Part shown: positions 1-10,238 of the stretch, in pieces | How the letters are laid out: each line of letters begins with the position of its first letter | Position numbering within the stretch: the stretch's first letter is position 1 | Assembly: GCA_965226885.1 (NCBI GenBank) | Contig: CBDDEL010000015.1 | Span: 320,001-384,000 of the forward strand | Reading direction: 5' to 3' | Length of the DNA: 64,000 bases | Source of the DNA: Opitutales bacterium | Lineage (GTDB): Bacteria > Verrucomicrobiota > Verrucomicrobiia > Opitutales > UBA2987 | Notes under the pieces: model-generated | Told to the model about the DNA's origin: nothing | Seen by the model: the letters and a program-made list of their open reading frames with translations, nothing else | The model's database searches: none | Made by a program: the position numbers and the translations under genes

Positions 1-445
1 ACAGGTAGGTTGAGCGATGCAACCCAAAATACTGACAGGCCCGACGCAGCGAGCACGACCCTTGGGCCAATACATGCTTCACCGCTTCCTTTTTCTGCTT
101 CGGGCCTACCATTTTTTTGCGTTCACCTCCTTGAGCACACGGTTCTCCAGCATCTGCTCGGCTACTATCTTCTTAAGCTGCGTGTTTTCGCGCTCCAGCT
201 CCTTCAGCCGCTTGGCGTCACGTAGCTCCATGCGGCCATACTTTTTACGCCAACGATGATAGCTTTGAGGACTAATATTGTGGGACCGACAGACATCCTG
301 GATGCCTTTGCCTGCGTCTACTTCGCGCAGCGCAGTATCGTTATGATCTGTTCAGGGGTGTATCTTTTTTGCTTCATAGGTCTTTCCGGTAATTTCTCCA
401 GAAAGACTCTCACTGGCAATGGTCATGTTTTTGGCGGTCACATCA
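1..445 (-). mobile_element. IS3-family element, left part (runs off window start); orfA frameshifted
   Basis: Reverse complement closely matches 8167-8610. IRL TGATGTGACCGCCAAAAAC starts at 445 on the - strand. Extra CGCAG (326-335 tandem) breaks orfA. Confidence 0.9.
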
Positions 446-497
446 AATCAGCTCGCTATAAGTATATTTAAGTAACTTATTATTAACCACATAACGA

Positions 498-1064
498 TTA
501 TTTCAAGCTAATTTTCTTATGATGAATTGGGAAATATGGGCTATTATCGCTTACTTTGCACTCGGTGATATTAATGGACAATTGTTTGATGGCACTGATT
601 TTGTCGCGGAAAGAGGCGGCATCCTCGTATCGTTCACTAGCCACCGCCTGTTCCATTTTGTCCTCCAATTGCCGGATGCGGTCGTTGATCAAGTTTTCGG
701 CTATGGCTTTGGCGGGGATCTTGCCCAGATGCTGGGAGCCGGATTGCAGTTTTTCCACAATCGGCCTCAGGAGGCCAGCAAAGGTTTCATAGCACTCGGG
801 GCAACCGAATCGGCCAAATTTTTCAAAATCCTTTTGGGTAAACCCGCAGGCTTCACAGCGGACGACCTGCGTCAAGTCAAGTGAGTGAATTTGCGGGGAT
901 TTTGCGCCCAGCTTGAGCACACCAATTCCTTGGGCGGATACGGATTCCACTTCCTCGGCATGTTCCTGGCAAAGGCATATTTTGGTCACTTTCCCCCCCT
1001 TGACGAAGGATAAAAATACCGAGGCCGGATTTCCGCATTTGGAACATTTAGGCTCCTTGTTCAT
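498..1064 (-). CDS. mcsA: McsA-like UvrB/UvrC-motif zinc-binding protein
   Basis: CxxC motifs (CSKC, CQEH, CEAC, CPECY), 'GRFGCPECYETF', C-terminal UVR motif 'AVASERYEDAASFRDKI'. Start taken at MNKEPKC. No mcsB follows; the IS3 sits there. Confidence 0.8.
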   Translation of the reverse strand: MNKEPKCSKCGNPASVFLSFVKGGKVTKICLCQEHAEEVESVSAQGIGVLKLGAKSPQIHSLDLTQVVRCEACGFTQKDFEKFGRFGCPECYETFAGLLRPIVEKLQSGSQHLGKIPAKAIAENLINDRIRQLEDKMEQAVASERYEDAASFRDKISAIKQLSINITECKVSDNSPYFPIHHKKISLK

Positions 1065-1535
1065 TATTATTAATATGACGCAATTTTTGCTCAATGACAA
1101 TAGCGTTGTTGGCAAAAATCACAATTTGTAGTATTTATTCCCTTGCTTGTTCATACGATCGATGGATTTCGCCTCACCGCTCGTTACTGCCGACAGTTTT
1201 CCTTCTCGCTCGCATCCCAGCTTCAAAATCCAGAGGAAAACAGTCTTCCCCGGTTGGATAACAAAGCCCAAAGCCATTTTATTTCAAAAAAACTGAAAGG
1301 TAATAGAAAACCTGCCGACTATAATAGCCTACGCCATTTTTATATGGACATGATTTATTTTCCCCGAAAGGGGTTTTGGGGTAAAAACATAGTTAGAGGC
1401 TGTCCCAAAAATATAAAGATTTTATAGTCAACTGGATGACGTTGATAAAAAGAGCCGGAAAGAGCAAGTTTTTGCTCGATCCGGCCAAAAAAGGGTTCTA
1501 TAATTGAGTTAGCGAAAATCAATATAGCCCTTTCT

Positions 1536-3021
1536 ATGAAAAATATAGCCATCCAATGCCTCCTGCGTCCAGCTTTAACTGTGGTCGACCGGTGCCTCGA
1601 TTACGATAACTTCCGCGCCACCATTGATCGAATCGATCGGCTGCTGATCGACTCGGAGGTGGAATCGCAGGCCATTGAGCTGGCCTTGGAGGGGTGGCCG
1701 CCAATGGGTCTAAAGGCCCGGCGGCAGCGGGCCAGTTTTGCCATCAAGGCACTCACTGCGCATGGATACGCTGGGCCGTCTGCTCGGAGGGATTTCGTTT
1801 CGGCATTTGTCGCGGGCTCTGGGCAGCAGCGATCTGTTGGCCGACTTTTGCCGTGTCCGGCAGATCGATGGCATCAGGGGCATCTCCAAAAGCACCCTGG
1901 AGGGGGCCTCGAAGTTTTTCAGCGAAGAGCAGTTGAGGGCCTTGCACCGGACCTTGACTGAGGTGGTGGGCGATGCCCTTCTGGCCCGGCAGGTGGGATT
2001 GGACAAGCCGATTGACACCACCATTTGCCTGATCGACGGCACCTGTTTGGAGGCTAACATTCATTGGCCGACGGACTGGGTATTACTCAAGGATGTAGCC
2101 GGCACGTTGCTCAAAGCGATCCGGCTGATCCGCGAGAAGGCCGGTTTGCGCCATCGCATGCCGATCGAACCGGAGCCCTTGGCTCGGCAGATGAATCGGC
2201 TGTGCATACAGATGACCCACAGCCGGCGGCGAAAGGACAGCGCGCGGCAGCGCAAGGGTATCTTGAGGCAGATGAAAAAGCTGCTCAAACGGATCGGGGA
2301 GCATGCCCGCAGTCACCGGGAATTATTGCAAGCCTGCTGGGAGCAAAGCGATTACAGCGAAAAACAGGTCCAACAGATCCTCGCCCGGATGGAGCGCATG
2401 AGCGAGCAAATCCCGGTGGTCATCAAACAGGCGCACGAGCGGATCATTGGCGGCCGCCAGGTGAAAAACGCAGAGAAAGTCTTGAGTGTTTACGAACTCG
2501 ATGGGCAGGTGATTGTGCGAGGTAAAGCGGGCCAAGAGGTCGAGTTCGGCAACACCCTGTTTTTGGGAGAAAGCGTTGAAGGGTACCTGCTGGACTGGAA
2601 ACTCTACGGCAGCCGAACTCCAAGCGAAAATGAACAAATGCAAGAGAGTTTGCAAAGACAGAACCGCTTCAACCTGGAAGAACCCATAGCGGCCATGTGC
2701 GCGGACCGGGGATTTGCCTCCCAGCGGGCCCGCCGGCAGTTAGCCCAGGAGGGAATCTATGACGCGCTCTGTCCACGCGATCCGAAGCAGTTGAAAAAAC
2801 GGATGGAGGAACCACTGTTCAGACAATTGCAAAAGCGCCGGGCCAGCACCGAAGGGCGGATCGGGGTATTGAAGAATCGCTGGCAGGCCGGGCGGTTGCG
2901 CAGCAAAGGCTTTGCCAACCGCTCGATCAGCGTAGCCTGGTCGGTACTCTCGCACAACCTATGGAAAGTAGCCAAGATGCTGGCCCAGCAAGACGAACTA
3001 AAAACCAAAGCGGCGGCCTAG
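1536..3021 (+). pseudogene. IS5/ISNCY-like transposase, frameshifted
   Basis: Motifs DGTCLEANIHWPTD, RGKAGQEVEFG, ADRGF, EGRIG. CACT duplication at 1750-1757 (absent in copy 2) splits ORFs 1536 and 1738. Confidence 0.85.
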
Positions 3022-4588
3022 CCCGGATATTTCGTAAAAAAAGTATCGTTGATATGCTTAACTGCTGATATACAGCAGGATAGATCAATAATTAAAGCAA
3101 TATCAGCGATGACAAAAGGTAAACAATTAAAGCTACAGTTGACAAGGGTAAAAGGCCGCCGTGTGCGGGTTGATTTCAAGGGCGGAGAGGTTACTTCGGA
3201 TGCCGGACTGCTTTTGATCCGGGAAGTGGATCGGCAGTTGGGCTTGACCGAACGAGCGGCCCGACAGTTAGTGGACAAACGGCAGAAGGGCAAAGTACGC
3301 CATGAGGTATTGGGGATGCTGCGGCAGCGCGTTTACGGGCTGGTGGCGGGCTATGAGGATTTGAACGACTTTGATACCCTGCGCCACGATCCATTGTTGC
3401 AAACGGTAACGGGGCGCATTGAAACGTTGGCCAGCGCGCCGACTTTGTGTCGTTTTGAAAACGGGCAGGATCGGCGGGCGGCCTTTGCGGTAAACGAGCT
3501 GTTGGTCGAACAGTTCATGGGCTCCTTTGCCGAGGAACCCGAAGAGATCATCCTGGACTTTGACGCCACCGACAATCCGGTGCACGGGCTCCAGGAGGGA
3601 CGTTTTTTCCACGGTTATTATGATCATTACTGTTTTCTGCCGCTATATGTTTTTTGCGGTGATCAGCTGCTGGTGGCCTACCTGCGGCCGAGCAAGATCG
3701 ATGCCAGCAAGCATGCCGGGGCCATCCTCAAATTGCTGGTTAAACGGATTCGCCAAAGCTGGCCCCGTACGCGGATTATTTGGCGCGCCGACAGTGGATT
3801 TTGTCGAGACCGGATACTCTCTTGGTGCGACCGCAACGAAGTTAGTTACATCGTGGGGATGGCTCGCAATGCACGCTTGCAGCAAGACGCCCAGCAGTTG
3901 CAAAAGCAGGCCAAAGAATGGTTCGAACTAAGGGGTAAAAAACAACGGTTATTCCAGGACTTCGTCTATGCTGCCGATTCGTGGCGATGGCTGCGGTTGG
4001 TCATCCATAAAGCCGAACACACCGCACAGGGGTCCAACCCGCGCTTCGTGGTGACGAACCTGCCGGGCGATCCCCAGGAGCTTTACGACAAGGTATACTG
4101 TGGCCGCGGTGAAATGGAGAACCGAATCAAGGAACAGATGCAATTGTTCAGCGAGCGCACCAGCGCCCATCAATGGTGGGCCAATCAGTGGCGATTGCTC
4201 TTGTCGGCGCTGGCCTACACCTTGATGGAAGCCATGCGCCGGTTAGCCTTAAAAGGGACGAAGTGGGCGCGGGCCCAATGCCACACCCTGCGGCTCAAAT
4301 TAATCAAGATCGGAGCGGTCATCGTGCGCAACACCCGAACGATTCACTTTCACCTAAGTGAGAGTTATCCTTGGGCCAGTCTTTTCAACCATGCGGCCCG
4401 CCGATTGGTGCCAACCTAAAGGGTGCATTGGTGCTGCCCCCGGCACTACCGAACCAATGGGGGAAAGGGGGCAGTGTCTCTACACCCTGAAAAACACCTA
4501 AAAATCAAGACGATCTGCTCAAAATACAAAGAAATCCATCTCCAATAGCAATAACGAGCCAAACTTTACCCTTCATGAAATATCCGGG
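3022..4588 (+). mobile_element. IS1380-family insertion sequence copy 1 (1567 bp)
   Basis: IRs CCCGGATATTTC...GAAATATCCGGG. CTAG target duplication at 3018-3021 and 4589-4592. The empty site is visible in IS5-like copy 2. Confidence 0.95.
3109..4419 (+). CDS. IS1380-family transposase (intact)
   Basis: TSDAG, GYEDLND, LDFDAT, HGLQEG, RADSGF, RGEMENRIKE motifs. Start at MTKGKQ. Confidence 0.95.
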   Translation: MTKGKQLKLQLTRVKGRRVRVDFKGGEVTSDAGLLLIREVDRQLGLTERAARQLVDKRQKGKVRHEVLGMLRQRVYGLVAGYEDLNDFDTLRHDPLLQTVTGRIETLASAPTLCRFENGQDRRAAFAVNELLVEQFMGSFAEEPEEIILDFDATDNPVHGLQEGRFFHGYYDHYCFLPLYVFCGDQLLVAYLRPSKIDASKHAGAILKLLVKRIRQSWPRTRIIWRADSGFCRDRILSWCDRNEVSYIVGMARNARLQQDAQQLQKQAKEWFELRGKKQRLFQDFVYAADSWRWLRLVIHKAEHTAQGSNPRFVVTNLPGDPQELYDKVYCGRGEMENRIKEQMQLFSERTSAHQWWANQWRLLLSALAYTLMEAMRRLALKGTKWARAQCHTLRLKLIKIGAVIVRNTRTIHFHLSESYPWASLFNHAARRLVPT

Positions 4589-4789
4589 CTAGAGAGCGGA
4601 AAAGCAAGGACAATACTTTTTCACAGCCTTACTGTCGGCTCATACAAAGAAAACCAGGCAACCGGACCCCAAAACCAGTATCCTAACGTCATAGGAGAGC
4701 AAAGTTGATACTCTCCCAAATGCAGATACCTCTAAAATGAGCGCCTATCAAAAGCCCTCGCAAAAATCACCCTTTTGGGACAGCCTCTA

Positions 4790-5069
4790 TCGTAGCACCA
4801 TTTTCGCGCAGTTATCCGGTGGCTGGGGGCCGGACGGCATGGCCCTGGATGTCGACGGAAATCTCTACATCGCCCACGTCGGCGGGGGAAATATTCTCAT
4901 CCTGAGCAAAGATGGAGACCTCCTGGAAAGGATTCCGGTTGGCGGGCCTCGCCCCACCAACCTGGCCTTCGGCGGACCGGAGCGGAAAACGCTCTATGTT
5001 ACCGAAGTGGATACCGGATCGGTCTTCTGCTTCGATGTCGATACCCCCGGCCTGCCTCTTTTTGGTTAG
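4790..5069 (+). pseudogene. SMP-30/gluconolactonase family, C-terminal fragment
   Basis: GPDGMALDVDGNLYIA...PTNLAFGGPERKTLYVTE. The 5' part is missing at the IS end. Confidence 0.85.
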
Positions 5070-5110
5070 TAATCCATTTCCCGTCCAAAAGCCGCCGCCG
5101 ATTATAGAGA

Positions 5111-5917
5111 TTAATCGGCTTCATCCACGACCGGATTCTCCAGCCGGCCGATTTTCTCGATTTCGATGACCACATTATCGCCCGCCTTGAGCCAGCGAGG
5201 TGGTTTTGCCGCCATCCCCACCCCGTGCGGAGTTCCCGTCATGATAACCGTGCCCGGTAGCAGAGTCGTGCTTCCACTGAGAAACTCAATCAAAGTGGGA
5301 ACATCGAATATCATGTCGTTGGTATTCCAATCCTGCATCGCTTCGCCGTTGACAATGGTTTTTATGGAAAGGGCGTTGGGATCGGGCACATCTTCGGGCG
5401 TCACCAGACAGGGGCCAAGCGGCGCAAAGGTATCGAAAGTCTTGCCTCGGCACCATTGGCCTCCACCAAAATCTTTTTGCCAATCGCGAGCGCTGACGTC
5501 ATTGCCGCAGGTATACCCGAGAACGTAATCGAGGGCGTTTTCCCGGCTCGCGTTCTTGCAGGTTTTACCGATCACCACGGCAAGCTCGCACTCATGATCG
5601 ACCTCGTTGCTTTTAAGATGGGTGGGCAATACGATCGCCTCCCCCGGATTCAACACGGTATTGGGGCCTTTCATAAAAAGAATAGGCTGTTTCGGCAGGG
5701 GCGATCCCGTTTCCTCTGCGTGCCGCCTGTAATTGAGCCCGATGCAAAGAATGCACACGGGTTCAATCGGGGCCAGTGTTTTAGCCACCTCAACCCTCTG
5801 TTCGGTTACTGAAAAGTCGCCAAATATATCGCCTTCAATCAAAAACGATTCTCCGTCATCTTGAAGGGAGGCATGTCCCGTATTTCCAGCCGTGTCTATA
5901 AAACGAATGATTTTCAT
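5111..5917 (-). CDS. Fumarylacetoacetate hydrolase family protein
   Basis: CIGLNYRRH, DHECELAVVIG, GNDVSARDWQ, GKTFDTFAPLGP, TGTPHGVG. Confidence 0.92.
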   Translation of the reverse strand: MKIIRFIDTAGNTGHASLQDDGESFLIEGDIFGDFSVTEQRVEVAKTLAPIEPVCILCIGLNYRRHAEETGSPLPKQPILFMKGPNTVLNPGEAIVLPTHLKSNEVDHECELAVVIGKTCKNASRENALDYVLGYTCGNDVSARDWQKDFGGGQWCRGKTFDTFAPLGPCLVTPEDVPDPNALSIKTIVNGEAMQDWNTNDMIFDVPTLIEFLSGSTTLLPGTVIMTGTPHGVGMAAKPPRWLKAGDNVVIEIEKIGRLENPVVDEAD

Positions 5918-6164
5918 AACTTGTATTTTACATGTAAAGCCCGGCCCATGTTTTTTTGGCCGGACGCTATTATCTTTTATATTGAATTACCTTGGCAGTA
6001 AATCAACTGCATTTGAAATTTCAATTATCGTACGCGTTATTAGTCAATAGCCATTTCACTCCTAACAACCTTATCGCCACCAGATTCCAGGTGCGGCAGG
6101 CCCATTTAAGAAGGCTTCCCCAATCTCACCAAGCCAAAGCCTATAGGCTTGCTGGCCAGTCTTT

Positions 6165-6963
6165 TTAAGCCTGCAAAAGCTCGGGCTTGTTCATTTTCCA
6201 GGCGGCTGCCCCAGCCAGCAGTGTCATCAATACGATGATACCCCATTCATTCAATGTTGGGATGACATCAGCGCCCTTTCCTGCCGGAATGGATTTGCCG
6301 GGCACATCTTCATAGGCCCAGTCGACGATTTTGATTGAGGTGCTGCCTGCCGCAAGGTTGACCCGGATCCAGCCGAAGTGCTCGCCATCTGCATTGGTAA
6401 ACCGGACGCCGATGAACTTGTTGGTACCATCGGGGAAAGGGCCATAATTAGAGATGCCAAATAATGCAGGGTCGCCGCCGTAAAACCAGAATCCATTCGG
6501 GCCAGAGTTGGCAATATTGTAGTTTGCGCTCAAGGGCTTGGCAAGGGGGGGACCGTAATTGGTAGAGTAATATTTAATTACGCCCGCGTCATCGTTGTAA
6601 AAATCCAGTGGTTCGAGGAGAGCGACATATTTAGGATAAGAGAACGTCTCGATAAAATTGCTAATTGCTTATAATAAAGTCACTCTGGCCATCACTGTCC
6701 ATATCAATGCGATACTTGGTATTCGTCTCGTTCGTAGCCGTCAGCATAATATTCCGCTCGCCGCTATAAACTATGACGGCTTCGGCCGCAGGGGCGATGG
6801 CCAGGGCTGCACCACCGGCAGCAGCACTAGCCAAGGTGAGATTTCCGGGCTTTGCCAGACCTTTGCTTCGACCATTCCCTGCCGCAAGGGCCGATGCCCG
6901 GTAGGCCTCAAGCTTGTTCTTTAAATCACTGATTTTCCTGACTTCTGGCTTTTTCTTCATCAT
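6165..6963 (-). pseudogene. IPTL-CTERM sorting-domain surface protein, frameshifted
   Basis: C-terminus IPTLNEWGIIVLMTLL...WKMNK and N-terminal signal region. Removing one AATTGCT copy (6656-6669) joins ORFs 6661-7014 and 6165-6533 without stops. Confidence 0.8.
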
Positions 6964-7183
6964 GTAGGAGATTTTGGGGGTGAATAAACAAGCTTGTACT
7001 TTCTGGGGTATCAATCAGAAATTAATTTTGATATGCCCTTAAATGACCTATATGTCAATAAAAAAGGCCCCTACAGGGTTTCTGGCAGATCAAGTGCAAG
7101 TTTAGTATAAGATACGGGTAAAGGTATGAAATTAATACTTTTACCGTTGCCTAAATAATTACACAACATGTTGGTTTTCAACA

Positions 7184-7240
7184 TGGTGCCCGAGGGGGGA
7201 CTCGAACCCCCACGCCTTTCGGCACCAGATCCTAAATCTG
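7184..7240 (-). tRNA. 3' fragment of tRNA-Leu(UAG); probable att-site duplicate
   Basis: Minus strand CAGA-TTTAGGA-TCTGG, long variable arm, GGTTCGAGTCCC T-arm, ...GGGCACCA. D-arm and 5' acceptor strand are absent. Confidence 0.85.
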
Positions 7241-7343
7241 CAGTCCGTATATTTGAGGATGTTTGAGGATATCCATATATTATTTATAGCCAATAGGTTA
7301 CACATATTCAAATATTCTCAAATATCTTGACACAACGCTCTAC

Positions 7344-7376
7344 GGGTGTAACCAGGGTGTAACTGGGGTGTAACCA
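7344..7376. repeat. 3 x 11-bp GGGTGTAACca/tg direct repeats; putative integrase arm-binding sites
   Basis: Units at 7344, 7355 and 7366, plus inverted GGTTACAC at 7296. Lies between the tRNA fragment and the integrase start. Confidence 0.6.
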
Positions 7377-7387
7377 ATATCGTTAGA

Positions 7388-8166
7388 ATGATGCAAAAAA
7401 CACAGAAAAAGCAAGGAATGCGGTCTGTCCATGAGCATAGGACGCGTAAAGGAAACCGTATTTTCAAACAACCAAAGACCAAGAATGGAAAAATAGTAGG
7501 ATGGTCAAAGAACTACATATTTCTTGTGAAAAGAAACGGCAGGCAATTTTCATTCCCGACCGGTACCAACAAAAGGGATGCAGGAAGGTTGGCGGACAAA
7601 ATTGCTGATTTTCTCAAAGCCCCTGACAACTCACCTCAGATGGCTCTAAAGAGATTCTTTCCCAACAAATACGAACAAAAATTTGGAATCGACGAAAAAG
7701 ACAGGAAAAAACCCACATTGGGCGATCTTCTCGAAGCATATCAAAATCATTACATCCGTGATCGCGACCGAACAAAAAGAGAGGTGGCTCAAACGATTAG
7801 ACGAATCTCGGCATTTATTCAAGGTGAGCGGAAACTTCCCCGCAAAGGAAGAACCAGGGCGGTTCTTGAGGCAAGGAACAAGAAAGCCGATTCCTTGCTT
7901 GCGGAGAGATTAACCCCACAGAAACTCAACTCTTTCAAATCCTTTTTATTGAAACAGGCAGGGGCCAACGAAATTGCTAAAGGCCGGGCAAGAACCACAT
8001 GCAATGCCTACATGAGAAATGCTGGGCAGCTTTTCACCAATCGAGTCGTCAGAATGTGTTATGGAGAATTACTGATGCCAGACAATCCCTTCGATAAAAT
8101 TGAAAAAGAGGAGGAACCAGGACATTTTTACGAATCAATGATCGATCCTGAAAATTTACTGAAACA
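7388..8166 (+). pseudogene. Probable tyrosine integrase N-terminal half, truncated by IS3
   Basis: Basic arm-binding-like N-terminus (FPTGTNKRDA), 'TLGDLLEAY', 'TTCNAYMRNAGQLF', 'NPF'. Adjacent to the att fragment. Catalytic domain absent, so the family call is partly contextual. Confidence 0.65.
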
Positions 8167-8234
8167 TGATGTGACCGCCGAAAACACTACCATTGCCAGT
8201 GAGAGTCTTTCTGGAGAAATTACCGGAAAGACCT

Positions 8235-8501
8235 ATGAAGCAAAAAAGATACACCCCTGAACAAATCATAACGATACTGCGCGAAGTAGACGCAGGCAAA
8301 GGCATTCAGGATGTCTGTCGGTCCCACAATATCAGTCCTCAAAGCTACCATCGTTGGCGTAAAAAGTATGGCCGCATGGAGCTGCGTGACGCCAAGCGGC
8401 TGAAGGAGCTGGAGCGCGAAAACACGCAGCTTAAGAAGATTGTAGCCGAGCAGATGCTGGAGAACCGTGTGCTCAAGGAGGTGAACGCAAAAAAATGGTA
8501 G
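8235..8501 (+). CDS. IS3 transposase OrfA (HTH)
   Basis: RYTPEQII...WRKKYG...KRLKELERENTQLKK. Confidence 0.9.
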   Translation: MKQKRYTPEQIITILREVDAGKGIQDVCRSHNISPQSYHRWRKKYGRMELRDAKRLKELERENTQLKKIVAEQMLENRVLKEVNAKKW

Positions 8502-9424
8502 GCCCGAAGCAGAAAAAGGAAGCGGTGAAGCATGTATTGGCCCAAGGGTCGTGCTCGCTGCGTCGGGCCTGTCAGTATTTTGGGTTGCACCGCTCAACCT
8601 ACCTGTATGAACCCAAGAAAGCTACTGAGTATAGGCATAAACTGGTGGCACGCATCATTGCCTTTTCGAAGAAGCATCCGCGCTATGGCTATCGTCGGAT
8701 CCGCGCTTTGTTGACCCATGAAGGTTGGCCCGTGAGTCGCAAATTCGTCCAAAAAGTGCGTCGTTTCGAAGGACTGGGTGTGCGCCCGTCTGGCAAGCGC
8801 CGTCGCCGGCAGGGCCAATCCACGGCTACCCCGACCCGAGCAGTGCAGCCCAACCATGTGTGGAGTTGGGACTTCGTGGCGGATCGCACCGACCGGGGCG
8901 GTCCGCTCAGGCTCTTGACACTGATCGATGAACATACCCGTCAATGCCTGGCCATTAAGGTTGCGCGCTCACTGAAAAGTGCCGATGTGGTAGAGGTATT
9001 GAACGATGCCATAAGAGAGAACGGCAAACCTCAGTGCATCCGCTCGGACAACGGATCGGAGTTTATAGCCCACCAAGTCAAAGAAGAACTGCAGCGACAG
9101 GAAATTGCCATCGCATACATTGATCCAGGAAGCCCTTGGCAGAATGGACATATAGAATCCTTTCATAATCGTTTGCGCGATGAATGCCTTAATCAGGAAC
9201 TGTTCCTGAGCGTGACCGAAGCGCGTGTGGTGGTCGAACAATGGCGACACAAATACAACGCGAAACACCCCCACAGCCGATTAGGCTTTCTCTCCCCAAA
9301 TACATTTGCCAGACTCTGGCGAACAATCAACAAAGCAGCGGCTGGCTCCATTCGGCCTACGGCCTCATTGCGCCACCCGCTGCAAAACCTACAATACCAA
9401 ACCTACGGAAATACTCTCACTTAA
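8495..9424 (+). CDS. IS3 transposase OrfB (DDE/rve)
   Basis: YGYRRI, WSWDF, RSDNGSEF, PWQNGHIESF. Overlaps OrfA in the -1 frame. Confidence 0.92.
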   Translation: MVGPKQKKEAVKHVLAQGSCSLRRACQYFGLHRSTYLYEPKKATEYRHKLVARIIAFSKKHPRYGYRRIRALLTHEGWPVSRKFVQKVRRFEGLGVRPSGKRRRRQGQSTATPTRAVQPNHVWSWDFVADRTDRGGPLRLLTLIDEHTRQCLAIKVARSLKSADVVEVLNDAIRENGKPQCIRSDNGSEFIAHQVKEELQRQEIAIAYIDPGSPWQNGHIESFHNRLRDECLNQELFLSVTEARVVVEQWRHKYNAKHPHSRLGFLSPNTFARLWRTINKAAAGSIRPTASLRHPLQNLQYQTYGNTLT

Positions 9425-9451
9425 AGTGGTAGCAAAGATGGGGTCCGATCA

Positions 9452-9680
9452 GGTAGCCCGCTCGGCGAGAAAAGCACGTCCCGCACGGTGGAACAGCCAG
9501 ACGTGATCGTGTGAATCGACTTCAACGCCGGACACCTGTCCGAGCTCGAAGTTTTCCGGAAGCTTAGGCCAGCCGTGCACAACTTTGTAACCGGGTGAAC
9601 CGGTGCTGGCATTAGAGTAGGCACGAGTAGGCACAGATGAACAGAATCGAGATGCACAAAATGATCTTTTTGTAATCCAT
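9452..9680 (-). pseudogene. NHL / peptidylglycine alpha-amidating lyase-like secreted protein, N-terminal fragment
   Basis: Signal peptide MDYKKIILCISILF, then YKVVHGWPKLP...GQVSGVEVDSHDHVWLFHR. 10-bp duplication at 9615-9634 causes a frameshift; 3' end cut by IS3. Confidence 0.75.
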
Positions 9681-9958
9681 TTCTCCTCGCTTGATAAATG
9701 TTACAATCTCGATGTGATTCTGAAAAAATCTTTTTTGACACTAAATACGGCTAACATATTGTAGACAGCCTCTTCGCAGTCAATGATTGGATACTATAAT
9801 ATTTTGGTCGAATTTTACAAGAAAGTTTGTTATTCCCTGAATTACAGGCTCGTACACGCAGAAATCAGGGGGAAACCCGCTCTTTTCGTTCTATCGCGGC
9901 TATTTCCCTCAACCCCTAACTCGCTTCTCACAACCTCCCCCTACTCCCTTAATCAACA

Positions 9959-10164
9959 GGCAATGGCAATCGCAACCCCTTCGTCGATTTCCCGGAATTT
10001 GCCGATCTGATATACAACACCGAGCCGCCCGATGTATTTGGCGGTGAACCCATTGAAGGCTTCCCCGGGTGGCGTAGCTCTTCCTGGTATCTGAATTACA
10101 ATGTGGATTTCTGGCCCTGGATTTATCACGATGAACATGGCTGGCAATTCGTTTCTGAGAACAG
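9959..10164 (+). pseudogene. Endonuclease I (EndA/Bsn-type) C-terminal remnant fused to Trp-rich C-terminal domain
   Basis: Hand translation GNGNRNPFVDFPEFADLIY-NTEPP-DVFGGEPIEGFPGWRSSSWYLNYNVDFWPWIYHDEHGWQF. Not in the ORF track. Confidence 0.7.
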
Positions 10165-10231
10165 TGATGTGACCGCCAAATCAGATCTTTTGCCTGTATG
10201 CAATTTTATTGACTGTTTTCGGGTCCGATCA
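10165..10231 (+). mobile_element. 67-bp IS3-derived mini-element (MITE-like)
   Basis: Starts TGATGTGACCGCCAAA (IS3 IRL), ends GGGTCCGATCA (IS3 IRR), flanked by CAG on both sides. Confidence 0.7.
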
Positions 10232-10238
10232 CAGGTTT

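Larger units (their letters stand above)
1396..4787 (+). mobile_element. IS5/ISNCY-like DDE insertion sequence copy 1, carrying a nested IS1380
   Basis: Terminal IRs GAGGCTGTCCCAAAA...TTTTGGGACAGCCTC. Second copy at 28536-30338. Both reconcile to 1817 bp after correcting indels. Confidence 0.9.
8167..9451 (+). mobile_element. IS3-family insertion sequence (1285 bp)
   Basis: TG...CA imperfect IRs (TGATGTGACCGCC / GGGGTCCGATCA), orfA/orfB overlap with A7 slippery site at 8489-8495. No target duplication. Confidence 0.95.

Noticed and set aside
7184..7240. Functional tRNA-Leu gene
   Set aside because: 5' acceptor strand and D-arm are missing.
9759..9772. TTGTAGACAGCCTC resembling the IS5-like IR tip
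   Set aside because: Only a 9-bp exact match and no partner end; could be chance.
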